64,000 nucleotides of DNA from Mytilus edulis (lineage: Eukaryota). The stretch lies in the NCBI RefSeq assembly GCF_963676685.1, contig NC_092350.1, positions 10,106,001 to 10,170,000 of the forward strand. Direction: 5' to 3'. Position 1 is the first letter of the stretch. Every line of letters starts with the position of its first letter. The notes below the pieces were generated by a model, which was not told where the DNA came from, ran no database searches, and saw only the letters and a list, made by a program, of their open reading frames with translations. The position numbers were made by a program, and so were the translations under genes. Shown here one piece after another: positions 36,389-50,913 of the stretch.

Positions 36389-38450
36389 CTTGAAAAAAAG
36401 GTGTAAAAAAATCACTGATTTAAGGTGGTATGGGTGTTTTTCTCTATCTTGGATTGTAAAAATCAGAGAACCTAAGGTCTAGATTTTCAATTCAGTTAGC
36501 AAACTGTGATGCGGAAATGCAGATAACTAATGTGCATTTTCATTTAAAAGAACAAATTTATAAGATTATGACTTATAAATTTAATATTTTTACAATTGTA
36601 GATTATTTTGCTTGATTTTAAATATTCTTAATTTGGCATTTTGAGGGAAGGTAACTCTGAAATAGTACCTTTTCCGGGGGAATCTACATGGAATTTTACA
36701 ATTTTGTATTTTGCCGAAAAAACGAGCTTTGCCCCTATCCTTTCTTTTGATATTCTCAAAGCATTGTCTAAAAGCTATCTTCTCGTGTATTTCATTTTAC
36801 AACTCTATAATTATATTGATTTTGTCACAACTTGCAATTGAAGCTTTAGAAAATGCGCGGTGACCTATAATTTTTATCATATTTTTAAACATATATCAAT
36901 ATATACTACGTTTTGGCAAAGCCAAAATTAGACAAACATGACAAACGCTATCTGATATATTCTTTCTATTTTCAACACCAACTTTTATTTACGGGTATAA
37001 AAATGATGTGTAGCCATATTCTTTAATTTTTATTTCACCTGCGTTTATTTTTGTTTCGAAACAGTTTGTGTGATACTTAATTATTTCCATGTTTATAAGT
37101 CGCTAATCTAAAGTGCAGATCTAAAATCAATCATAAACTTTATTTCATTCCATTAAGCTATTATAATGTTAATATGTGCGAATTTCGTATATTTCACTCC
37201 GAACTGTAAATTACACCTCACATGAAATAGACTATACACTTTAGAAATCTGTGTAAAGTCGCACAATAATTATGTTGTAAACTTCCTTTCTTGACAGACC
37301 TTTTAGAAAAATCAAGATTAATGAACATTTTGATATTGATCCCTAAACTTAATGTCCGTATCCCCTATCTTTTGTATGTATGACACTTTCATTGGTCATC
37401 TCAATAAAAACGGATTATGAAAACTACACGAAAGAACATGATCGGCTAGACATTGTTTACAACAGGTCAAAATCCTCAAAACCATTGAAGATTGATATAA
37501 AGAAGAAACAATAAGTTTCACCTATGACAAGGGTAGGAATACCGTCCTGTAGCAAGTATTTGACAACAAAGACTATTTTATATGTTAATTAACTGTAATC
37601 ATAGCCGTATTTGGGTAGTTTGAACTTTTTATGTATGGACAAATTATATTATTTTGATTTTAGAAAATAAATAAGAGATAAGTAAAAAGCAAAAATGAAA
37701 CGGTAGAAATTTCACCCAATGAAGGTACATTTTGGTATTGTTTCAACTAGAGCAAGTCAATTTGACTATATATATGTGGTCACAATGGCAAAAAGGTACA
37801 TTAATGTATATCTTATATATCAAACGTCAAGAATCTCGTTATATCATTAATGTGTTTTCCTTTTTGTTATTTGGAGTGTGGTGGCGTTTGGTACACATCG
37901 TTTCCCTTTAGTTCATTTGCAACTTGTATATGACTAGGGACGATATAGAAATTGACATATTGTAGCGTATATATAGACACCCGTCTGTTACCGAAGACTA
38001 TATGTGTCCAAATATTCGCATTTTGTATATAGATATAGGAAGTGGTATATTTAATTTTTTTTAAATTTTTTGTCGTTCTGTTGCAATTTTATTGACTTCT
38101 ATCCATATTTAATTTTACTCATAAAGTTTGAAATATTCTATATCTATATAAATAATGACTTAAATAGCATTTTCTTCTTTTGAAATTTCTGAAAATGTCG
38201 CAATCAATAAAGCTGACACCATACATATAACAGTATCATTGCGAAATTGTACATTTTAATAAGTTTACAAAAAGGAGTAACTATATGTATGATAGTTATT
38301 TTCAAACTTTAAAAATGGGAAATTAACAAAACATTTCTATAATATGAATGTACATTCCCAAATGCTAAAGCCATGCATATAGTTGGTTGAATAATTTGTC
38401 CCTAACAATGATAAATACTGTTTCTTGATTGATAAGCATATGATTCCTAC

Positions 38451-38524
38451 CGTCTTCCTTTACAGTTTAAAAATGTTGGTTCAAACCCTTTGTCTTCCGC
38501 CTTTTTTATAAGATCGTCACATTC
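38451..38524 (-). CDS. 2OG-Fe(II) dioxygenase (P4H-like family), first identified exon
   Basis: tattag| ECDDLIKKAEDKGFEPTFLNCKGR(R) |gtagga. Confidence 0.8.
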
Positions 38525-39299
38525 CTAATAAATAAAGAACATAATAACATCCTGAATATGCATATAACATTTGCTCCTGAATGTTAATGTAGCCGACAAA
38601 GGAGCAACATTTTCGCTATCAGATCAGCAGCCGAAAAAGCCATTGACAAAAGAGGTACATGATTGCAATTGAGTGTGTAATGTAGCTTATAAATTAGGTA
38701 CATGCTTGCTATTCATAGGTGGATCCTGCCCCCCTTTCGTGGGATAAAATGGTTTATTATATAGGGAATCACTGACGCGTGACTGAAGCCCCCCCTAGAT
38801 CAGTCAGCATGCCCCCTAGCTTACACAAAGTTCTGGATCCGCCACTGCTACTGTATACTTGATGTTTACGGTGTTGATGGAAACATAATATCACCAATTG
38901 CTTATAGCATTTTATCTGGTTGTTAACGTAGATGACAAAGGAGAACAGGGTTTCTCCTGGTGTTTATACTCTGTGTAGTATTTGTATCCATCTGATGAGT
39001 TAAGCCTTTTACAACTGATTTGTAAAGTTCCTTCTTATGGTGTACTGTTACACCACTGTCTCAGGTTAGGGGAGGTTTGGAATCCTGCTTACGTGACTTT
39101 TATGTTTAACCCCGCCGCATTATGTATGTATGTGCCTGTCCCAAGTCAGGAGCATGTTTTTCAATGGTTTTCGTTGTACATAAATTAGGCCGTTAGTTAT
39201 GTCATTTGAATTGGTTTACATTTTCATTTCGGGCCTGTTATAGCTGACTATATGCGGTATAGGCTTTGTTCATTGTTGAAGGTTGTACAATGACCTATA

Positions 39300-40580
39300 G
39301 TGGTAAAAAAGCGTATGATACTTTTTTACTAAATTGGATGATTCAGGAATTAGTACACATTTTTATGTACATTGAAAGCTATATATTCACATGTAGAATG
39401 TTGTATTAAACTTAATGGCAATATAACAGATTGGTTTAGCGTTATTTCAGGTTTAAAACAAGGATGTGTAAATATCGCCTGTTATGTTCAATATTTTTAT
39501 TAATAGTTTAATTGATGTAATAAAAGCACTAGACATTGGTGTACACATTGATGGTTAAAAAGTTGGTATACTTTTATATGCTGATGACATTGTATTTATT
39601 GCTGAAAATGAAAATAATTTACAAACTCTATTAGATGTATTAAGTAATTGGTGTGTCACCAATTGTATGAATGTAAACTTAGATAAAACCAAAGTTGTCC
39701 ATTTTAGGAACCCTTCGGTTCAACAAACTTCTAAATCTTTTTTGTTAAATAATAATACAGTACAAATAGTATCTTGTTACCAATATCTTGGTCAGGCTAC
39801 TGTTGACAGAATATCTCGAATATAATGAAATGGCTAAAGCTGTAGCAAGGTCTGCAAGTCGAGCTCTAAGTTTATTAATTGTTAAATGCAAAGCACATGG
39901 TGGTTTCCAGCACAGTACCTTTACAACATTATTTGATACTCTGGTCTGGTCAGTCATAAGCTATGGTGCATCCAATTGGAGTACTCGTTCTTTTTCTTGT
40001 ATCAACGCTGTCCAGAACAGAGCTATCAGGTTTTTATGGATGTGGGCAAGTATACACCAAATGATGAAATTAACGGGGACATGGGCTGGAGACCACTTAG
40101 TATAAAGCAATGGACATGTGTCTCAGTCAGGCACTGGGCAAGATTTAGTGTCATGACCAAAGACAGAATAAATTATATAGTGTTCAAATGGTCACATAAA
40201 AATGCTGTAAACAATAAAAAAAAAAACTGGTGTAATAAAACTTAAAGATTGTAATTTTGATTTGTATACTAGTATTGATTGTGTGTTGCATAAGAATATT
40301 GTTCTAGAAATTGAAAATGTTTTATTTAATAAATATATTGTAGAAGGGCAAACAAAATTTTTGTCACAGAGTAATGGTAACAAGCTTCGTACTTAAATCA
40401 CAATATTGTACAGAGGTATCTTTAAAACAAAATATGTCTATTAAATTTAGAAGTGCTTATGCAAAATTTAGAGGTGGTGTTGCGCCACTTTAATAGAAAC
40501 AGGACGTTATGAGAATAAACCAATAAATGAAAGATGTTGTTTTATGTGTAGAAATGAAATTGAAGATGAAAAACCTGTAT
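39300..40580 (+). mobile_element. Degraded non-LTR retrotransposon (L2/CR1 clade) RT and C-terminal fragment
   Basis: GLKQGC, LLYADDIV, NLDKTKVVHFR, IETGRY..ERCC.MC segments with stops and frameshifts. Confidence 0.88.
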
Positions 40581-43343
40581 TTAGTACTTTATCTTATCAG
40601 TTAAGATGTTATAGTCCCTACCATCCTTTAACAATGAAGCGGTGTTCCTTTCCATTGTCTTTGCAAATCTATTGATTTTGTTTAATCCGTACATTCCTAG
40701 ACAAATATAATAATTAAGCTAGTTTGCCGTCACATTGTCGTGGTAATTACTTCCTACCTTTTTAGATAAAACTCTATGTAAAAGATACGCAAGTTTTCCT
40801 TCCCATTGTCTGGGTAAATCAATTTGTTCCCTTGTTATTTCTGTGCTGTTCATTATACAACTGTGGCACTGAAAATAAAACAAAGTTGACTTATATCTGA
40901 CAAAAGAGGAACGAAAGATACCAGAGACACATTAAAACTCACAAATCGAAAAAATAAACTGACAACGCCATGGCTATAAAAGAAAACGACAAACAGACAA
41001 ACAATAGTACATAAGATACAACATAGAAAACTAAAGACTATAAGCAACACGAATCCATCAAAAATTGGGGGTGATCTCAGGTAATCCGGAATGGTAACCA
41101 GATCTTACTCCACATATGGCACCCATCGTGTTGCTCATATTATAAAAAAAAACCCGATAAATAGTCTTATTAGGTAGGTCACATTCGTGGAAATGGGGGA
41201 CAAGTAGGACAACGCTAAATCGCAAAGTAGAAATGTCATTGTCTAGTTCATTCTGCCAGTGTTCATCTGACAGTATGAACACACAAGACTGGTTTCATAC
41301 AGTTCATATAAAAATAAGGAGATATGAAAGTATTGCCAATGAGACAACTATCCACCAAATGAAGTGGGTGTAATCAATTATAGGCAACCATACGACCTTC
41401 AACGATTGGAAAAACCAATTCCATGGCCCCGACATTAATCATATGAAACAGTTCAATTGAGAAAACTACCGGCTTAATTTATAACAAAACAATTTACGAA
41501 AGACAAATATGACAGACATGAACAATCGACAACGACTGAACTATACACTACTCACATTAACGTCCTCTGCTATAGACAGTCGTTTCATACGAAATTATAC
41601 ATCTCCCAAAATTTCTATAGCTACGAACGGCATCTTATTCTTAATCATTAAAATGTATTTCATGTATGAGCAAGCAAGTCGAGACAATTTTAAATCAAAG
41701 CACCGAAGTCTTTCTCATTGTTATGTCCTTTAGTTGTCTTGTCCATTTAAATCTTTCTGCACAGATCCTTTCATCGTGTCTCTTGATACGACAACTTACT
41801 AACTTAACGACTGTCTCAATATACAAATTCTTCACAATTTTAAAATTGCATGAAATAATGTCTTGATGATGAAAAAGTCCTTTAATGGTGGAATAATGAT
41901 AAACAAAATTTGAAACTTGCAAAGCAGATTTGACGTATTTAAGGAAAGGATTTTATAAAAGAAATATGTATTTTTATCATCCTCTTGAAATAAAGATTAT
42001 TTATTTATTTAATAAAAACGGCAGGCGTAATCAGATTAATAAGAGAAAGGATTAATGGCCGAGTACAATATAACTCAGAAGTTTTCTTTATTTTTCTTCC
42101 GATAATAGTCCATAGTCTTACTTTTAACATGCTACCAGTAATGCCACAGATGCATGTTTCATTACCTAACTGAAGACCGTTTCGAAAAAATTTCAAAACT
42201 TTATATAAGAAGATGTGGTATGATTGCCAATGATACAACTCTCAACCATCAATTATCAATTATTCTAAATTTTTTGATTCACATATAAAGATAAATAGGA
42301 TAATTATAACATACCTTATGAGGAAATGTATACAAAATATCCACAAATTTATACACTGTTTATTCCGAGGAGTTTAATAGCTTCGGAATAGATTTACGCA
42401 TTAAAACGGTCATGAATTCGTTTAGTCAGACTAATCCATTTTTATGAATGACAAGATACGAACAACAGAAAAAACTTGTAAATATTATTGTTGTGTGTAA
42501 TACAACATGTTGGTTTTCTATTGAACTATAAGTATTGGATTGTCATAATCTTCAATGATTTTCTTTTATTTCGCTCTTTTTGATTTATATACTTTTATAA
42601 TCTACAGTCAGATGCATTTTGGATGACTTACAAAACGCCCATGAATATTTTGATAGAACGAATAAACCTCGAATAAACCAATAAGTTGTTATCTTTATCA
42701 AAAGACTGTTAATCACGTAGAAACCGTTCATTTGTCCAAAAGTACGACAAGTTCAATACAGGTACAGGCGGTTGTGCCCAATAATGTTCGACTATACCTT
42801 AAAAAACAACTACAGGTGTTGTGTCCAAATGATAGTCTGCTACCTTTAATAAAGAAACAAGCGTTGCGTCCAAATATATTCTACGTTCAATACAGAAACA
42901 GGCGTTGTGTCCAAAGATGTTCTACGTTCAATACAGAAACAGGCGTTGTGTCCAAAGATATTCTACGTTCAATGCAGAAACAGGCGTTGTGTCTGAGTAA
43001 CGCTCAGGATAAAATTTGAATATCACGGCCCAGGCCATGTGTAAATTTCCAACAATCTATGGCTTCCATGAATTATTTCTTAAATGACACATTTTGAAAA
43101 TATCAACATAGTTTGTTGAAATGGTTCATCTGAGAAAAACAGAGTTTAAATAAGAATCCCGTATTAGAAACACTACAAAAAAAACCAGATTGCTATTCAA
43201 CATGTTAATTGGATATGAAAAACTAGTGTTCAGTCTAGGTGAACGAGTGCAAATATGCTTCCGCAAATTTGCAGATTTAACATTGTTGTGCTGATATTAA
43301 AAGTAGGTTTTAAAAAAAATAATAATATACAATATATGCAAAC

Positions 43344-46300
43344 TATGGCATGGTATTGGTTGCAAAAAATCTATATTTTTCATTTAAATGCAATATTTTA
43401 TATTTAATTGGTATATTTCTTCATTTAAATGCAATATTTTTTCATTTGAATGGTATATTTTTTCATGTAGATGCAATATATTTTTATTCAAATGGTATAA
43501 TTTTTCATTTAAATGGTATATTTTTTCATTTAAATGCAATATTTTTTATTCAGATGGTATAATTTTTCATTCAAATGGTATAATTTTTCATTCAAATGGT
43601 ATAATTTTCATTCAAATGCAATATTTTTTATTCAATTTGTATAAAATGTCATTTGAATGCAATATTTTTATTCAATTAGTATTTATGCAATAATTGCATC
43701 ATGGGAAATTCTTTGACGTCTTAAGGTCAAATTTGCAACAACGTTTTTGATTGGTCGGTATTATATTTTTTTTGGATTTTCTCCCCTTTCTAACTAAATT
43801 TGGAGTTCGTGGGAGTTCGTGCACTGGCAATTAATGCCAATATTGGCCAGGTCGAGCAAAAAAGGCGAGTGACAAGTAATAATAATTAATTTGACACACA
43901 ACTTGTTCATGGATAGAAACAGATACATGCGTGCATTGCAAACACATCTCCAATAAAAACCCTTTCTGAAGAAACTCCCCTACAGTCTACACATTGAAAT
44001 AAAAATATATATATACATAGCCCTTTCCCCCTATAAGTCCAGATACATATTATCAGGGCCTATTTTTGTGCTACATGTATATTATTTTTAACGTTTCTTG
44101 ATCCTCAGAGACGTTGAAGGAGGGCAAACATGAAAAAAGAATAAAAAGCCTTCCAGGACGTTATAATTATTTGAACTAAGCTACCTCTTCTTTTGCTACA
44201 TGAAGAAAAAAAATCCCCTTATTACAACAGCAGAACCGGAGACCTCGTGACAAGTAGAGACATAAGCTGTTATACTCCGGAACTAGTTCTTTAATAAAGA
44301 CAATTCAGGATAAATTGGAACCAGTTACTAACCCATGTTACAACAATAGTCCCATGACACAGGACTTCACTGTATGGGGCGTTCAAATTTAGATATTTGT
44401 ATAGAGATGTATATATGCGAGTATTGGCAGTAATGGTTATGGTGTGTGTGTGAGGGGAGGGTTTCAGATCAAAGATCGTTTCTATAATTCTATATCTTTT
44501 AGTTTTTACCATTTCACTATATTCTTTATCCTTTGATCTCTATTATATTTGTCCTAAACATGCGTGACATATTTGCCACTGGACATAAGGCAATCGAAAA
44601 TCAATCAACTTATTCTGTATATTTTATCATTTCTTTATCATGTTATCTATAGGTTTGGTCCCGCCCCTTATCTATTTTTTGTTTATATATTTGATAATGC
44701 CATTGTTTTGGAAAAAAAGGTAGGGGCAAGGCGTTTTAAAAAACATATGAATGGGTCGCGTTTTTTTTTTTTTTGTTCTTCGGAAGTGAGCTGGAAGAAG
44801 TCTATTTCTTTTTCTTTTTTTTTTGCATTTGGAAGATCTTCTGGCTCTCTTTCATCTCTTCTTTTTTTGATAGGATATTAAGACGGCAGAGGCACATAAC
44901 AAACATGGCGTCGTTTAGTATAAATGAAATTAATAAATTTATGAATGCAGATATATTAGAATGTGAGCTGTTTTATAAACGTTTTTATGGTATGACAGTA
45001 GGACGATAAGCTAGATAAATATAAGAACTACACGGACAATAACTGTTAAGGGACAATTATTTGATATTCTAGGGAAGGGATTTTGATTGATTAGTGTTTA
45101 ACGCTACTTTCAACACTATTGGGCTATTCCGTGGTGGTCAGTTTAACTTATAAATGAAGGATGGGGAAGGGAAGGGAGGGCATTATTATTCATTTCAATC
45201 TGTCGCTTATCATGCCTATTTTTCAGCTCTTACCAGGCAACCATATTCATCTATGAAATCCTTCTGTCCCCCACCCGAACAAATAAATAAATATAAAATG
45301 GCTCTTATTTAACACAAGTTTAAATTGATTAATTGTATGTTGCTAATTTTAACACCCAGTGACAAATATTTCATGCTTGTTCATCAACAACACGAGTTTA
45401 TAAGTCAGGTATATAACATAAAAACGAAGAGATGGAATGTGATTGCAAATAAGGCAACTATCCACCGGAGTTCAAAAATGAAGTGGATGTAAGCAATTAT
45501 AGACAATTGTAAGTCCTTCAACAATGACAAAAACCTGATACTGTAAAGTCGTCTATAAAAATCCCGACATGAAAATGTAAACAATTCAAACGAAAAAAAC
45601 TAACAGCCTAATTATATATAACAAAACAATTTACAAACTATCAAATATGAGTCGAGACATAAACCAACGACAACCACTAAACTACAGGCTCCTGACCTGG
45701 GACAGGTAAATAAAGAATATGGCAAGGTTGATATAGAAACGAAGATGTTGTATGATTGCAATGAGACAACTCTGCACAAGAGACCAAATGACATAGTAAT
45801 CAACAGTTATAAATCACCGTACGGCCTTCGACTATAAGCTAAACCTACATCGCATAGTCAGCTATATAAAAGGCCCCGAAATCACAAATGTAAAAAAATT
45901 CAATCGAAAAAACTAACGGCCGAATTAATGTACAAAAAAATGAACGAACACAAATATGTATAACAAAGCAACAAACGACAACCACTGAATTACAGGCTCC
46001 TGACTTGGGACAAGCACATACATACAGAATGTGGCGGATTTAAACATGTTAGCGGGATCCCAAAATCCTCCCCCTAATCTGGGACAGCAGTGTAACAGTA
46101 CAACAACATGTTTGTGAGCACTCAATCCATCCAGAATCTGGAACGGTGGTGTAACAGTACAGTAAAATAACAACCTGTACAATCAGTTGCAATTAGATTA
46201 ACTCAAAAGATCGGAACGAGACACACACAAAAAAACTAATTTTAAGACAATAGACACAAAGCACCGACAAAAGAGTATTTGCAATTACTGGCTAAAAGCT

Positions 46301-47376
46301 CAAACCTAATAACAACTAGAACTGAAATAAATCTGGTTCTTCCAGATTGAGTTATCAAACAGTACACAACGCGCGACAAAGGATTTAAAAAAAAAGAAAA
46401 GAAAACAGTCTGCGAAACGTCTAGTTTACGTTGTATATAGATATAAGAAGATGTGGTATGAGTGCCGGTGAGACAACTTTTCATCCAAGTCATAATTTGT
46501 AAATGTAAACCATTATAGGTCAAAGTACGGTCTTCAACACGGAGCTTGGCTCAAACCGAACAGAAAGCTATAAAGGGCCCCAAAAAATGACTGGTGAAAA
46601 AACGATTTTAAGTCTAATCTATTTTAAAAAAAAGGTATACTTGCATTTAAATTAACATATACAATGGAAGTTTTTGAAAAGTGGCCCGAACGTTGTGACC
46701 ATCGAAATACAAGTTAGGACCACAAGATTTTAATAAAACAGCCAGTGCAGGACTCGCACGAACGCCATATTTAGTTAGAGGGGCGATATTCTGAAGCGTT
46801 TTTTTAATTATTGGTCACCCATGTTTAGAAAGAAAGGGGAGAAATCCAAACAATTATCGACCAATCACAAACGTTGTTGCAAATTTGACCTTAAAACGTC
46901 AAAGAATTTCCCATAATGCAATTATTGCATATAAATAAAAAAAAAACAACTATTATACCAATTGAATAAAAAAATATTGCATGCAAATGATTTTTTATAC
47001 CAATTATATAAAAAATATTGCATTTGAATGAAAATTATACTATCTGAATGAAAAATTATACCATTTGAATAAAAAATTATACCATTTGAATAAAAAATAT
47101 TGCATTTAAATGAAAAAATATACCATTTAAATGAAAAATTATACCATTTGAATAAAAAATATTGCATCTAAATGAAAAAATATACCATTCAAATGAAAAA
47201 ATATTGCATTTAAATGAAGAAATATACCAATTAAATATAAAATATTGCATTTAAATGAAGAAATATACCAATTAAATATAAAATGTTGCATTTAAATGAA
47301 GAAATATACCAATTAAATATAAAATATTGCATTTAAATGAAAAATATCGAATTTTTGCAACCAATACCATACCATA
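43344..47376. mobile_element. Foldback (Mutator-like) element with ~490-640-bp TIRs built of ~20-bp subrepeats
   Basis: Left arm 43344-43828 mirrors right arm 46741-47376; imperfect TSD tatgcaaac / tagcaaac. Confidence 0.8.
45735..46200 (+). repeat. Abundant interspersed repeat (agatgtggtatga..gccaatgagacaactctc family)
   Basis: Related copies at ~5360-5630(-), 7690-7820(-), 38940-39300(-), 41315-41545, 45420-45730, 46438-46600, 58872-59250. Confidence 0.7.
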
Positions 47377-47599
47377 TAGCAAACATTGGTTCACGGTGCA
47401 ATTCGGGATACTGTATTAATCTTTAAAACACGCCAAATAAAATACAAAGTATAAATCTCCCTACGGGAGCCTTTCATGGCCTCCCAAATGAATTCTTTAC
47501 TTCACCATCAAAGACAGTTAAACTGAATTCCAAACAACATAAATATTTAACATTTATTCTCTTAAATGGGCACAAGTTGGCAGAACTTGAGTACGAGTT

Positions 47600-48090
47600 G
47601 GTAATATAAAATGGTCGATGTCAAGGTTGATTTTTGGTCTCGAATCAGTAGTACTAAAGAAAAAAGACTATGAGGAACTAAATCAATATCACAAGAAAGT
47701 TCAGAGCAGAATACATTCTCTCTGTGCAATATTGATTAGACTCGGCAGTATCCTGAGCAGAATACATTCTCTCTGTGCAATATTGATTAGACTCGGCAGT
47801 ATCCGGAGAAATGACTGCATTGAAAAGGAAATTTGCATTCGTCGACATTAGTTAAAGATGACACTTCGAATAGCTGTTTTATCTATGCAAAGAAATTAAT
47901 TGACCAGTATGATCTAACATACATTTTTAGGCTTATTGAAAATATGCCATCTCCAGCTGTATGGAGAACATGGTAAAACAGAAAATAACTGGCCACTGGA
48001 ATAAAATAGTGGAAAAAGATGCGGCAAATAAACCAAGTTTGGTATATCTAAACCGCACTGCAACACCTGGTACTTTCCACAAGAGAAACC
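47600..48090 (+). mobile_element. Degraded LINE ORF2 C-terminal fragment with an internal ~50-bp duplication
   Basis: SRLIFGLESVVLKKKD resembles the post-RT region of LINEs; gagcagaatacattctctctgtgc.. occurs twice. Confidence 0.5.
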
Positions 48091-48229
48091 GTGTTGATCA
48101 AGAAGTAAAATTGAGAAAGGAAATGGGGAATGTGTCAAAGCGACAACAACCCGACCATAGAGCAGACAACAGCCGAACATAACCCGTGTCTTGCCAACAA
48201 CTGTTGTTTTTTTTTTAAAATAAATGAGT

Positions 48230-49440
48230 TTAGTTCCGATGCAAAGACCCTATAAGTGAATTAATATTAAAACCAAAATTTGCAATCTTTAATGACCTGA
48301 CAACAGTATCGTAACTATATCCCTTCTTAATAAGTCTGTTTAAAGGTTTCGTAAGCTTTTGAGGTGAATACTGACATTTTTGTGCTTTGTAAAGAATAAT
48401 ACCATAAAAGATTGGATGTGAAATACCTGAACGTATAAGATGTCTGCATGTTGAGTTATATTTACGAATTATTTCCTTATACCGATGATAAAATTTAGTA
48501 AATGTTTTGACTAGTTTGTGATATCGAAAACCCTGGTGTAATAATTTTTCAGTAATACATAAATTTCTTTCGCTAAAATCTAATACGTTGTTACATACAC
48601 GAGCGAATCGTACAAGTTGAGGTATATAAACACTATAAGATGGTGACAAGGGAACGTCACCATCTAAAAATGAATAATTAATGATAGGAAATGAAAAACC
48701 ATATCTTTTATCATAAATTTTTGTATTAAACTTCCCGTTAATGATATAGATATCAAGATCGAGGAAAGGGCAGTGGTCATTGTTAGTATAAGCTTTATTT
48801 AAAGTAAGTTCAACAAGATAAATTTCTTTAGTATACATACTGAAGTCGTCATTATTGAGAGCCAATTATCATCCAAATATCTAAAAATATTGTTAAATTT
48901 TTGTATCAAATGTTGTTTCGATGGGTCTTTGCTGATTTTAGTCATACATTGTAACTCATAACAATACAAAAACAGGTCCGCAATAAGTGGTGAACAGTTA
49001 GTCCCCATTGGAATTCATATAACTTGACGATATACGGAATCTCCAAGGCAAACAAAGATGTTATCAAGTAAAAATTCAAGCGCATATATAGTATCAAATC
49101 ATGTCCAATTGACATAGTTCTTTTGTTTATTGCTACTAAAAAATGACCTAAAAGAGTTTGAACATATGTACTCGCATTCTGACTTTTTAAATGCCCAGTT
49201 AATTAGGGATGTGATTTTTTTCTTAATAAGAATATGAGGCAAAGTGGTATATATGGTAGAAAAATCAAAACTTTGAACAGATTCAAAATCACCAATATAT
49301 GCATGCAATTTATCAAGTACTTCCAACGAGTTTTTGACACTCCAAAAGTAATTAATTTCACTATTTTTAAAAGCCTTATTTGAACAATTTATTATCAGGT
49401 TTTTTATTGTACCAAATGTACTAGTAAGTAGAATAGACAA
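48230..49440 (-). mobile_element. Penelope-like retroelement RT fragment, frameshifted
   Basis: QSFDFSTIYT, PMGTNCSPLIADLFLY, FRYLDD, FLDL, TKIYDKR..FPIINY..QLVRFARVC motifs. Confidence 0.88.
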
Positions 49441-50913
49441 AAGGCATGTATCAGAGTTACAATTCAGCTACCGGAGTATATAAATGTATACTACAGACAG
49501 ATAGGTTCAAATTCTATGAAAACATATTTGTTCGTTGTATAGAAATTATTGAACGTTTTATATTAAAGTGTAAGACATTAAAAAATACTAGGAAACATTT
49601 TATTAATAGATTAAAATAGTTTGTAGAACACAACACAGTCATCTATTAAGTTGCATAACTTGAAGTGTAGTTGACTATTTTTACAGATGATAATAGACAT
49701 CACGCATCCGTCGTTACCAATGGTACTACACTCTGGTGAGATATTCCACCAGATAGAAACTTCTAGAGGATTGTGTTTTGCCTTACACCGGGAAAGATGT
49801 TCCAGGCTTGACTACTCCAAAAACTAATACTAATTTAAGACTTCCAGAAAACCAGGGGTTATTTTTGGAGTAGTTATTTTCCGAGAGGTAAATCTTTCTT
49901 AGAAGATTTTAAACATGGGTTGAAAATTGGCATGTAGAAAGGTGATACATGTACAATTCACTGCAGTGGCGGTTCCAGAACGTTTCCTAAGGGGGCCCGT
50001 TCCAGTCATGCTTCACTGATTCCCTATATAATCAACCAATTTTTCCCACGAAAGGGGGGGGGGGGGGGCGGCCCCCCAGACACCCCTGGATCCGCTTATG
50101 TTCAGGACATACATGGTTTCTATGAAGTTAAACTTAAGGTAAAATATTTAGAAAGCTGTGAAAATTGCAAAATTTGATTGAACAGATAGTGATTTTTAAT
50201 TGGTGGTCTGACATCTTAATCCAAGGGCTAGGTGCGCTTAGTAGTCGATTTTTACCTTTTAGTCCTTTTATCTTTTCACGTCACGCCAGTTTAAAGTTTT
50301 TATTAAGATTAAATAAATGGATTAATTAGAGAAATCCCCAAAACTGCCCATGGAAATGCCCAAAGGGCAAAACGTTCGGATAAATGAAGACGGACAATAG
50401 AAAATTAATCTCCATTCCTGAAAAATAATGGAGAGTTTGAACAAAAGATTTACGTCACAGGTAGAGAAATCCTGTGGCATTAAAATTTTTAAATACAATA
50501 TCTTAACGGCTAACTGACTAATTTTAAGGATAAGTTTTAAGATTAAGATTATGTCTATCATATTGTTTGGATGATATAAAGAAGAGGTAATTTTATAGTG
50601 GAAGCTAACAGAGACAGTTGTTGGATAGTAACTGGATGTTTTAATTCACATGAGAAATATACTTTTTAATTGTGAAGTTCTGTGATTGGATAAGAACGAC
50701 TTTTAACTCTAATTATTATAGTGTGACTTTTATGTTATGAGCATATAGAACAAGGTGATTATACATACATGTAGCGGGATCCCAGTCTAACAGAGACAAG
50801 GAAAGGTTGTTTCAAAGCCTCGGAGTTCGTCTTATTCACCCTTTTCAAAAGACCCCTTCTAAACACGTTCTTTGTTCTGTAAAGTGACAGTTTCCATAAT
50901 TAAGAGATTGACA

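Noticed and set aside
43350-43693. F/Y/I-rich ORFs (also 46922-47167)
   Set aside because: Translations of the foldback TIR subrepeats.
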